A stretch of DNA of 64,000 bases from a virus (Duplodnaviria > Caudoviricetes). The notes under the pieces were generated by a model, which saw only the letters and a program-made list of their open reading frames with translations, was not told the origin of the DNA and did not search any database. The stretch lies in IMG/VR virus record IMGVR_UViG_3300034101_006325, positions 136,304 to 200,303 of that record; one strand, given 5' to 3'. Positions 30,661 to 39,179 of the stretch are shown here, piece after piece. Each line of letters begins with the position of its first letter. Position 1 is the stretch's first letter. A program made the translations under genes and the position numbers.

Positions 30661-31283
30661 AAATATTGATTCCTGCACGAATGGGATCCAAAGGATTCCC
30701 TAAAAAAAATAGAATTTTATTTGATTATACTGCTAGAATTATTCCTAAAGATTTCATTAAAAATACAGTAGTTTCGACAGATGACCCTGAAATTGTCAAA
30801 ATGGCTGAATCTTATAATTTCTTAGTTCATCATCGATCAGAAGAATTATCAAGAGATGAAACTTCTACAAAAGAAGTAGTTGAATCTTTTTTAAAACAAG
30901 AAATTATTGATGATAATTCAAAGTTAACAGCGCTTTTATATTTGACTTATCCGCAAAGAAAATGGGATGATGTTGTCAGAGCAAAAGAATTGATTGATAG
31001 CTCTAAATCAAAATCTTTGCTATGTGCATTTGACATCGAGGCACATCCATTTTTAATGGCATTTGAAATGCCAGGTCATAGAGGAAAACAATTATATAAA
31101 CACAATTTATATAGAAGACAGGATTATCCTAAATGTTTTGAAATATCACATTTTGTATGTATGTTTTATGACGATGAAGTAAAAAATTTAAATAATAATC
31201 TCTATAATGAAGACACATATTTTATGAAATGTAATAAAAAGGTAGATGTTGATCTACTAGAACATTTTTTAAAAATACAATGA
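30657..31283 (+). CDS. neuA: CMP-nonulosonate (acylneuraminate) cytidylyltransferase
   Basis: IPARMGSKGFPKKN, VSTDD, R.EELSRDETS, LTYPQR, RRQD, DVD. Confidence 0.88.
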   Translation: MKILIPARMGSKGFPKKNRILFDYTARIIPKDFIKNTVVSTDDPEIVKMAESYNFLVHHRSEELSRDETSTKEVVESFLKQEIIDDNSKLTALLYLTYPQRKWDDVVRAKELIDSSKSKSLLCAFDIEAHPFLMAFEMPGHRGKQLYKHNLYRRQDYPKCFEISHFVCMFYDDEVKNLNNNLYNEDTYFMKCNKKVDVDLLEHFLKIQ

Positions 31284-32098
31284 AAAAAATTAAAATTATT
31301 GCAGAAATTGGAATAAATCACAACGGCAGTGTTGAGTTGGCAAAAAAGATCATTGCAGTGTCTGCAGCAGCAGGCTGTGATTATGTTAAATTTCAAAAAA
31401 GAAACCCAGATGTATGTGTACCAGAAGATCAAAAATTAAAAGTTAGGTCTACTCCGTGGGGAGAAATGACGTACATTGACTATAAGAAAAAAATTGAATT
31501 TGAAAAAGAACAATATGATGAAATTGACAAATTTTGCAAACAATTAGGCATTAAATGGTTTGCGTCTGCGTGGGATTTATCTTCTCTTGATTTTTTAAAA
31601 AGATATTCAGATGTTGTAAAGATTCCATCAGCACTTATTACAAATGAAGAACTTTTATTGAATGCAAGAAAAAAATTTGATTTTCTTTTAATATCAACTG
31701 GCATGAGTACTGAGTCTGAGGTAGAAAATGCAGTTAAAATTTCAAATCCCGATGTAATTTTTCATACTAACTCAAGTTATCCTAGCAAAGTTGAAGATTT
31801 AAATTTAAACTACATAAAACATCTAAAAAATAAGTTTAATAGAACGGTGGGTTATAGTGGACATGAATTTGGACTTGTTACAACATTTGCAACTGTACCT
31901 TTGGGTGTCGAATGGATAGAAAGACATGTCACTTTAGATAGAGAAATGTGGGGATCTGATCAAAAATCATCTGTAGAACCATCGGGTATTTACAAGCTTG
32001 TCAAAGGAATACGGGATATAGAAAAATCATTAGGAAGTATTGGGCCAAGAGTAATTTGTAAAGAAGAATTAGAAAAGAAAAAATCACTTAGAGGTTGA
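31280..32098 (+). CDS. neuB: Nonulosonic acid synthase (NeuB/NANS family), short form without C-terminal antifreeze-like domain
   Basis: IAEIGINHNG, VKFQKR, FASAWD, KIPSA, ISTGMS, GYSGHE, IERHVTLD, GSDQ; 272 aa. Confidence 0.92.
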   Translation: MKKIKIIAEIGINHNGSVELAKKIIAVSAAAGCDYVKFQKRNPDVCVPEDQKLKVRSTPWGEMTYIDYKKKIEFEKEQYDEIDKFCKQLGIKWFASAWDLSSLDFLKRYSDVVKIPSALITNEELLLNARKKFDFLLISTGMSTESEVENAVKISNPDVIFHTNSSYPSKVEDLNLNYIKHLKNKFNRTVGYSGHEFGLVTTFATVPLGVEWIERHVTLDREMWGSDQKSSVEPSGIYKLVKGIRDIEKSLGSIGPRVICKEELEKKKSLRG

Positions 32099-32406
32099 AT
32101 GTGTTAATTTACGTAGATATTGATGAAACAATCTGCAATACGCCTGACGATAGAAACTATTTAAAGTCTACACCCATAAAAAAAAATATAAAAATTATAA
32201 ATTCTCTTCATGAAAAAGGCCATCAAATTGTTTATTGGACTGCAAGAGGAACAGTCACAGGAATTGATTGGTCAAATGAAACTATTAGACAGTTAGACGA
32301 ATGGGGTGTCAAAAGAACAAAAGTTCTTTTTGGAAAGCCAGCATATGATTTATTCATATGCGACAAAGCGATTAATTCAAATGTTTTTTTTAATTTAACT
32401 CAATAA
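32095..32406 (+). CDS. HAD-superfamily phosphatase (capsule-biosynthesis type)
   Basis: YVDIDETIC (DxDxT), WTARG, GKPAYD..ICDKA; TTG start overlapping neuB stop. Confidence 0.8.
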   Translation: MNVLIYVDIDETICNTPDDRNYLKSTPIKKNIKIINSLHEKGHQIVYWTARGTVTGIDWSNETIRQLDEWGVKRTKVLFGKPAYDLFICDKAINSNVFFNLTQ

Positions 32407-32419
32407 GGCATATTAATTT

Positions 32420-32926
32420 ATGATCAAACTTTTACCGATGATGCAATTGGAAGAGCTAAATCTTCTCGAAAAATATCTTGATAAAGAAAAAGTGATTTGC
32501 GAATACGGCTCAGGCGGTTCTACAAATTGGCTTTCAGAAAGAACCAAATTTGTATATTCAATAGAACACAACAAAGAGTGGTATGATAAAACAAAAAGTA
32601 GTTTGTCAAATAGAGAAAATGTAGAAATTTTTTATGTCCCAAGTTTTAATTGGGACCCAAGCACCGAAGGAAATATTGATAGTTTTGAAAACTACATTAA
32701 TATGCCAGGAACTTTAAATATAGATTTTTCTTTCTTTTTAGTGGATGGCAGAGCTAGAGTTGACTGTTGCAGGTTTATATCAAAAAAATTTCCAACAGCT
32801 ATTATTGCTTTTCATGACTATACCAATAGAGCAAATGATGTTGAGCACAATTATTCAAGAGTCTTAGAACATTTAACTTTAATTGAAACCTGTAAAACTC
32901 TTGCAATTTTTAAAAAGAAAGTCTAA
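32420..32926 (+). CDS. Class I SAM-dependent methyltransferase-like protein
   Basis: ICEYGSGGST, SIEHNKEW, LVDGRAR, FHDY. Confidence 0.7.
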   Translation: MIKLLPMMQLEELNLLEKYLDKEKVICEYGSGGSTNWLSERTKFVYSIEHNKEWYDKTKSSLSNRENVEIFYVPSFNWDPSTEGNIDSFENYINMPGTLNIDFSFFLVDGRARVDCCRFISKKFPTAIIAFHDYTNRANDVEHNYSRVLEHLTLIETCKTLAIFKKKV

Positions 32927-32946
32927 ATAAAATAAAAATTATTCTA

Positions 32947-32976
32947 ATGAACTAAGAGACACAACCATCTTATATT
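32947..32976 (+). promoter_or_regulatory. Candidate promoter ATGAAC-N18-TATATT
   Basis: Intergenic, 18-bp spacing as in the putative phage class, weaker -35 match. Confidence 0.3.
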
Positions 32977-32983
32977 TGAGTCA

Positions 32984-33799
32984 ATGGAATCAAATCTGTC
33001 ATTAGAAACTTTACCTACAGGAAAACCTCATGTTTCATTTTCTGAGGTAAAGTTATGGAAAGAATGTTCTTTTAGACATCATCTTGTTCATGTCAAAAAA
33101 ATTGATTTATCTAAGCCCTCGCCCGTTTTAGATTTTGGCACAGCTGTTCATGCTTCTTGTGAAAAATATCTTTTGACAAGAGAGATGGACTACCAAGTAG
33201 CTTTTAAACATTTGGACGATGCCTGGAAAAAACATGAAGGAATTGTAGAATTCAATGCTTTGTCATTGGAAAAAGCAAAGCAAGAAGCTACACAAATTCT
33301 TTTAGAAGTGCCTGCTTTTCTCGACAAAGAATTTCCAGGATGGGAAGTCGTTGATGCTGAACATCAGCTTTATGAAGCAGTTGAAGGCCATCCTCACGCT
33401 TTCAAAGGATTCATCGACGGAGTTATAAAAGCCAAAGGGAAAAGAGGTGAGACAATCTATTGGATTCTGGATTGGAAGACAACGATTAGAGGCTGGCTTA
33501 GAGAAAAAAGATCTGATGAAATGGTTAAGTCACAATTGGCACTCTATAAAAACTACTGGTGTCAAAAAAATCCTGAAATTCAATTTAAAGATGTCAGATG
33601 CGGTTTCGTCCTTTTAAAAAAATCTGCAAAACCAGGAGAACATTGTGAACTTTTTTCTGTTTCACTTGGAGAAGTTCCTATTAAAAGGTCTTTAAAGGTC
33701 GTTAGCAATATGCTTACTTCTGTAAAGAGAGGTATTGCTTTGAAAAATAGAGACTCTTGTACTTATTGTGAATACAAAAATACCAATCATTGCACATAA
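32984..33799 (+). CDS. PD-(D/E)XK nuclease, Cas4/RecB-like with Fe-S Cys
   Basis: KGFIDG, LDWKT, QLALY; one N-terminal Cys (KEC) plus C-terminal CTYCEYKNTNHC. Confidence 0.85.
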   Translation: MESNLSLETLPTGKPHVSFSEVKLWKECSFRHHLVHVKKIDLSKPSPVLDFGTAVHASCEKYLLTREMDYQVAFKHLDDAWKKHEGIVEFNALSLEKAKQEATQILLEVPAFLDKEFPGWEVVDAEHQLYEAVEGHPHAFKGFIDGVIKAKGKRGETIYWILDWKTTIRGWLREKRSDEMVKSQLALYKNYWCQKNPEIQFKDVRCGFVLLKKSAKPGEHCELFSVSLGEVPIKRSLKVVSNMLTSVKRGIALKNRDSCTYCEYKNTNHCT

Positions 33800-33825
33800 T
33801 TTATTTTTGATAGCATTAATTTTTA

Positions 33826-33855
33826 TTACAACTTTTAAAAAGTTGGTAATATAAC
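33826..33855 (+). promoter_or_regulatory. Candidate promoter TTACAA-N18-TATAAC with near-palindromic spacer
   Basis: ATTACAACTTTTAAAAAGTTGGTAAT is an imperfect inverted repeat; lies upstream of the GT4 pair. Confidence 0.4.
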
Positions 33856-33859
33856 GTGG

Positions 33860-35107
33860 ATGAAGAAAAAAACGATTTTAATGCTATCAGATCATCCTTT
33901 GTCTACTTCAGGCGTAGGCACACAGGCAAGATGGTTAATAACAGGTTTAATCAACACTGGTAAATATAGTTTTAGATGTTTTGGTGGTGCTGTTAGACAC
34001 GATAACTACGATCTTAACGTAGTAAGTCCTGATTTTGTCATTAAACCGACAAATGGTTTTGGTGATAGAAATCTTTTAAGAAAAACTCTAGCACAATTAA
34101 AACCCGACGCTCTTCTTCTCTTTACGGATCCAAGATTTTTTATTTGGACTTGGGAAATGGAGGATGAGATTCACCAAGTCTGTCCTATTGCTTATTGGCA
34201 CTTATGGGATAATGGACCTTGGCCGGAATTTAATAGGGCACTATACGCGTCCAATGATTTGATCAATTGCATTAATTATCCGACCTATGAGATGGTCAAA
34301 GAACGTTTTCCAGATAGGACAAATTATATTCCACATGCTGTCCCAAAGGATCTTTACTATCCTTTACCTGACGAAGAGGTAAAAAACTTTAAAAGAAATC
34401 TTTTAGGCAAAGATAAAGAAGATCATTTTGTTGTGGGATATGTTAGTAGAAATGCCCGTCGAAAAATGCCAAGTGACATTATTGTTTCTTGGAAAATGTT
34501 TATTGATGAGCTAAAGAAAAAGCATGGGCACACAAAAGCCAGTCTTGTCATGCATACAGAGCCTTTAGATCCGGAAGGACCTAACTTACATCATGTATTA
34601 GATTCATTGGACGCGAAAGATCATGTTGTTTTTTCTAATAAACGTGTAAATTTTCAAGAAATGAATGTGATATACAACATATTCGATACAATCGTTAATA
34701 GAAGCTCTAATGAAGGTTTTGGACTTCCTACACTAGAAACAATGATGTGTGGCAAACCAATTATTGCAATAAAGACAGGCGGTTTAACGAGACAAGTCGA
34801 AGATCCTGATACGGGTTTTCAACACGGCATAGCGTTGGAACCTGAAATAAAGTCTTTGGTGGGAAACCAAATGGTTCCTTACATTTATGAAGATTTCATA
34901 AGCCACAAAACTTTGGCAGATGCATTTATGAAAATGTACGAAATGGGTCCTGAAAAAAGAAAAGAACTTGGACAAAAAGCAATGCAGCATGCGCACAAAA
35001 ATTACAATATTGACAATATGATAAAAGATTGGGATTCTTCTTTGACCAAATTAATTGACAATTGGCAAGAAGGCAAAAACAAGAGATGGACGCACGAGGA
35101 GATTTGA
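33860..35107 (+). CDS. GT4-family glycosyltransferase
   Basis: SDHP...SGVGTQ, YIPHAV, SRNARRK, NEGFGLPTLETMMCGKPII. Confidence 0.88.
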   Translation: MKKKTILMLSDHPLSTSGVGTQARWLITGLINTGKYSFRCFGGAVRHDNYDLNVVSPDFVIKPTNGFGDRNLLRKTLAQLKPDALLLFTDPRFFIWTWEMEDEIHQVCPIAYWHLWDNGPWPEFNRALYASNDLINCINYPTYEMVKERFPDRTNYIPHAVPKDLYYPLPDEEVKNFKRNLLGKDKEDHFVVGYVSRNARRKMPSDIIVSWKMFIDELKKKHGHTKASLVMHTEPLDPEGPNLHHVLDSLDAKDHVVFSNKRVNFQEMNVIYNIFDTIVNRSSNEGFGLPTLETMMCGKPIIAIKTGGLTRQVEDPDTGFQHGIALEPEIKSLVGNQMVPYIYEDFISHKTLADAFMKMYEMGPEKRKELGQKAMQHAHKNYNIDNMIKDWDSSLTKLIDNWQEGKNKRWTHEEI

Positions 35108-35108
35108 A

Positions 35109-36281
35109 ATGAAAAAAGCAATTCTTAGAGGACCTTCTCTCACACAATCCGGTTATGGCGTTCATTGTAGACAAGTTGCATCTTGGCTCTTGTCAAAAAA
35201 AGATTGGGATGTCAAATTCCAAGCTCTGCCATGGGGAGATACCCCGTGGTTATTAAATGAAAAATCAAATGATGGTTTGATTGATAGAATTATGAAGAAT
35301 ACTGTGGACCTATCTGACAGTAATTCTAATTATGACATCTCCTTTCAATTACAGCTTCCTAATGAATGGGATCACAAACTTGCAAAATACAATGTTGGAA
35401 TGACTGCAGGAATTGAAACTGATATTTGCAATCCTGTGTGGATAGACTGCTGTAATAAAATGGATTTAGTCATAGTTCCTTCAAAGCACGCAGAAAATTC
35501 ATTAAAAAATTCAGGAAAAATTAACACACCAATTCAAATAGTACCAGAATCGTTTTGCAATGAAATTTTAGACGAAACAAGCACAGATCTTTTGAAAAAT
35601 TTCCCTACATTTAGCACAAATACTAATTTTCTGGTATTTGGACAGATTACAGGGGACAATCCCATGAATGATAGAAAGAATATTTTCTTCACTATTAAAT
35701 GGTTTTGTGAAGTCTTCAAAGATGATCCTGATGTAGGTCTTGTAATAAAGACAAATATCGGTAGAAATACTCAGATTGATAAAAAGAAAACGTTAGAATT
35801 GATGTCAATCATTGTAAAAGAATGCAGAAAAAGTCAATTTCCTAAAATTCATATTATTCATGGTGACATGACAGACAAAGAAGTTGCTGCGTTATACAAG
35901 CATCCTCAGATTAATGGATTTATTTCCCTAACAAGAGGAGAGGGATATGGCCTACCCCTGTTGGAAGCAGCAGCTAGCGGGCTACCAGTTATTGCCACAG
36001 GTTGGTCGGGACATATGGACTTTTTATCCCGAGGAAAGTTTATTGAAATAGACCACGATGTGAAAAAAATACATGCATCAAGAGCAGACAATAAACTATT
36101 CATGCCTGAAGCAAAATGGGCTGAAGCAAATGAAGATGACTTCAAGAAAAAAATCGTAAAATTTAAAAATTCTCAAGCAAAACCCAAAGAATGGGCAAAA
36201 GAATTAGAATTAATCATTAAAGAAAATTATAGTCAGGAATCAATTTTTAAATACTATGACAAAGTAGTTGAAAATATATGA
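35109..36281 (+). CDS. GT4-family glycosyltransferase
   Basis: SGYGVHCR, IVPSKH, RKNI, RGEGYGLPLLEAAASGLPVIATGWSGH; start refined to MKKAIL. Confidence 0.88.
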   Translation: MKKAILRGPSLTQSGYGVHCRQVASWLLSKKDWDVKFQALPWGDTPWLLNEKSNDGLIDRIMKNTVDLSDSNSNYDISFQLQLPNEWDHKLAKYNVGMTAGIETDICNPVWIDCCNKMDLVIVPSKHAENSLKNSGKINTPIQIVPESFCNEILDETSTDLLKNFPTFSTNTNFLVFGQITGDNPMNDRKNIFFTIKWFCEVFKDDPDVGLVIKTNIGRNTQIDKKKTLELMSIIVKECRKSQFPKIHIIHGDMTDKEVAALYKHPQINGFISLTRGEGYGLPLLEAAASGLPVIATGWSGHMDFLSRGKFIEIDHDVKKIHASRADNKLFMPEAKWAEANEDDFKKKIVKFKNSQAKPKEWAKELELIIKENYSQESIFKYYDKVVENI

Positions 36282-36580
36282 TTTTAATTTTATTGACTGC
36301 CTTACTAATTTCTGTGAGTTCTCTTCTTTTTATAAGTGTCAAAAAAAATCTGGAATACATGGAGTTAATTGATGGGCTAGAAGAAAATTTAAAAGATTCA
36401 ATAGAATTATTAAACGAATACTATGTCAAAATAGACAAAAAATCAAAATTAGAACTTTTTTTGGATGAGCCAGTCACAAGAGAGCTGGTTGAAGACATTA
36501 GGGGTTCAAAAAAAGCCGTTAAAAATGCGGCTGAAAAACTTTCTATTTACTTAGAAGAAACAGATGAAAATGACCAATGA
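36278..36580 (+). CDS. Membrane-anchored coiled-coil hypothetical protein
   Basis: N-terminal hydrophobic stretch MILILLTALLISVSSLLFISV. Confidence 0.55.
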   Translation: MILILLTALLISVSSLLFISVKKNLEYMELIDGLEENLKDSIELLNEYYVKIDKKSKLELFLDEPVTRELVEDIRGSKKAVKNAAEKLSIYLEETDENDQ

Positions 36581-37307
36581 AATTAAGGCAGCAATAAAAA
36601 AGAGATCTGAAAAAAAGCAAGATCCTCTAAAGATGTATTTTAACTCCGACACCCATAATGCAATTGTTAAATTTCAAGAAGAAAAAAGCAAATTAGAAAA
36701 AGATAAAATTTATGTGCAAGAAATTTTACCTTCATTTGAAAAACTTGTTGAAAACTTAATCAACATTCATAAATTTACAGGCCTCTATGATACATACGAA
36801 GACTTAAAAAATGATTGTGTTAATTTTTTATTTGAGACAATAACTAAATTTGATGCGTCTAGAGGCACAAATGCTTTTTCATATTTTAATGTTGTTGCAA
36901 AAAATTGGCTGATCATAAAAACAAAACAAAAGAATCAAAAAACAAAAAAGAATGTAAGTCTTGATGATGAAAATTCTTTAAGCAATCATGAAAAAGAAAT
37001 GATTGATGATTATTATTCTGTTCCTTCTCAAGACTATCTTCTGGAAACATTTGGATCTTCTGACGAAATTTTAAAAATTCTTTATGAGATAAGAGGAATT
37101 ATAAAAACAGAGAATGAGTTATTGTGCATTAATTCGATCATAACAATTTTTGAAAATATCGATGACATTGACTTGCTCAATAAAAATGCTATACTCCTCT
37201 ACATGAGAGAACTTTCAGGTTTTAGTCCAAAACAATTAACAACTGCAATGCAGTCTGTCAAAAAATATTATAAAAGAATAAAACATGAAAACTTAGAAAG
37301 AGACTAA
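36564..37307 (+). CDS. Divergent sigma factor-like protein (candidate late sigma, gp55-like)
   Basis: YEDLKNDCVNFLFETITKFDASRGTNAFSYFNVVAKN resembles sigma region 2 (EDL...KFD..RG..FS.Y); directly precedes the baseplate genes. Confidence 0.6.
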   Translation: MKMTNEIKAAIKKRSEKKQDPLKMYFNSDTHNAIVKFQEEKSKLEKDKIYVQEILPSFEKLVENLINIHKFTGLYDTYEDLKNDCVNFLFETITKFDASRGTNAFSYFNVVAKNWLIIKTKQKNQKTKKNVSLDDENSLSNHEKEMIDDYYSVPSQDYLLETFGSSDEILKILYEIRGIIKTENELLCINSIITIFENIDDIDLLNKNAILLYMRELSGFSPKQLTTAMQSVKKYYKRIKHENLERD

Positions 37308-37308
37308 G

Positions 37309-37674
37309 ATGAAACTTGAAGAAGGAATGATAGGGATTACAGAGATTAATCTCGAAGAAAAAGTCAGAGACTTTTCAAGTCTTCTGGATCAGATAGACGG
37401 TCTTTCCGATAAAAAGAAAAAATTGTGGAAAGAAATATATGAAAATGCTGTGTACGATCGTCAAAATGCATACACGCTTTTCGTTAAATTAGTAAAAATT
37501 GTTGAAGAAAAAAGCACAGAACATGCTATACACGGAAAATCTTTGTCATCTTACATTGAAAAGATGAGCAAAGCTAATGATCAGCTGATTAGACTATCTG
37601 AATTAATAACAAAAGCTGATAAGTCTAATGATGAAATAGATGCAGAAGACATGTTTAAAAAAATTAATGGATGA
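37309..37674 (+). CDS. Hypothetical helical protein
   Basis: 121 aa, tightly packed in the operon. Confidence 0.55.
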   Translation: MKLEEGMIGITEINLEEKVRDFSSLLDQIDGLSDKKKKLWKEIYENAVYDRQNAYTLFVKLVKIVEEKSTEHAIHGKSLSSYIEKMSKANDQLIRLSELITKADKSNDEIDAEDMFKKING

Positions 37675-37680
37675 AATTAT

Positions 37681-39174
37681 ATGCCAACAATGTCAAAAGA
37701 TACATTTTCACCATTACTTCCTGTAAATATTTCTCACGATCAATACGGAGATCTTGACTTAAAGCTAACAAACCATATTTCAGTACCACAACCAACATTT
37801 TTTAAAGTTGTAGTATTAGAAGTAATTTCTGATCCTATTGTTTGTCAAGATGTTAAAAGATTAGACACATGGAAAAATATTCTTGGAGTTTCTAATTCTG
37901 TTTACGAAAAAATACTTCCAAGAAATACAATTATTGGTCAAAAAATTTTATCAGGAAAATCTCCGCTTGAGAGACCCATGTACATTTTTCCATTTTTTTC
38001 ATCGCACTTGTCATTGCCATGTAAGCCTGGTGAAGTAGTTTGGGCCATGTATGAAGATCCCAATGCAAAAATTAAAGATATTGCTTATTGGCTTAGTAGA
38101 GTAGCAGAACCTCATCATGTAGATGATGTTAATCATACACATAGTCCTAGGCAATTGGACTCTTCATATTTTACTGGATTTAGAGAGAAAGTTGCAGGAA
38201 CTGATACGATAGCCTACGAACTACAAAATTATCAAATGGCACAAACAATACAAGGCTCAAGAGCGCCATACGACGAAAAAACAAAATTTATTTCAGTGCC
38301 AGGAATTGATAGAGATGATATAATTTTTGAATCTTTAATAACAAAAATGGATGCATCACAGAGCTGCATTTTTGAATCAGTTCCAAGATTTAAAAAAAGA
38401 CCAGGAGATGTAGCACTCGAAGGAAGCAATAACACTTTGGTCGTTCTTGGGACCAATAGAACAGATGTTGCTGCACTTTACCCACCTGGCCAACCTTCTC
38501 AGCAGTTTGATAAAGACAAATTTTCTGGTTGTATTGATATTGTTGCGGGCCGAGGAATGACGACTTCAACAGGTGGCACTCCTGTATCAACTACTAATAT
38601 ACTAAGAGGAGACCCGATAAAGCAAGAAATTAATAAGTCTCTTAGAGAAGAAGAATTTACTCCAATGGAGGGAGATCCTGATTATGATTTAGACAGAAGT
38701 AGAATCCTCATTTCACAAAAAAATGTTGTCGATGCTGTCTTTTCAACTGATCCACATCTTTCTCTTCCTTCAGTTAATATGTCAGAAGGTAGTTCAAGAG
38801 CTTCTATTGCAATTAAATCTGATAAAATTAGATTAATAGCAAGGTCAGATATTTCTATTATCGTTACTGACTATGAAGAAGTAACAGAAAGTGATAATTC
38901 TTCTGGTTATCTTAAGAGCAAATTTTCTTACGAAGAATGGGCTTCAATTACAATAAAAAGGGACGGAAATATAATTTTTTCTCCCGGTAAAAAAGGATAT
39001 ATCAAACTAGGCGGAGATGATGCAAACAAGGCCCTTCTTTGCACAGATTTGCCTGCTACAGCGGATAATGGCAATGTAAGTTATTCTGAAGGAATTATAT
39101 CAACAGGAGCGGATAAAATAGGGACTGGTGCGCCAACTAATGGTACTTTTGCAACTAAGATTTTGGTCAAATAA
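37681..39174 (+). CDS. Baseplate central spike/hub (gp5/VgrG-like)
   Basis: OB-fold-like PCKPGEVVW, PGDVALEGSNN, SDKIRLIAR, IKLG; lies upstream of gp25 and gp6. Confidence 0.6.
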   Translation: MPTMSKDTFSPLLPVNISHDQYGDLDLKLTNHISVPQPTFFKVVVLEVISDPIVCQDVKRLDTWKNILGVSNSVYEKILPRNTIIGQKILSGKSPLERPMYIFPFFSSHLSLPCKPGEVVWAMYEDPNAKIKDIAYWLSRVAEPHHVDDVNHTHSPRQLDSSYFTGFREKVAGTDTIAYELQNYQMAQTIQGSRAPYDEKTKFISVPGIDRDDIIFESLITKMDASQSCIFESVPRFKKRPGDVALEGSNNTLVVLGTNRTDVAALYPPGQPSQQFDKDKFSGCIDIVAGRGMTTSTGGTPVSTTNILRGDPIKQEINKSLREEEFTPMEGDPDYDLDRSRILISQKNVVDAVFSTDPHLSLPSVNMSEGSSRASIAIKSDKIRLIARSDISIIVTDYEEVTESDNSSGYLKSKFSYEEWASITIKRDGNIIFSPGKKGYIKLGGDDANKALLCTDLPATADNGNVSYSEGIISTGADKIGTGAPTNGTFATKILVK

Positions 39175-39179
39175 AAATT

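Noticed and set aside
16776-36281. Cellular capsule/O-antigen locus (window is a bacterial chromosome)
   Set aside because: No flippase, polymerase, ABC exporter or initiating transferase; flanked by phage baseplate genes and other large-phage hallmarks; no housekeeping operons.
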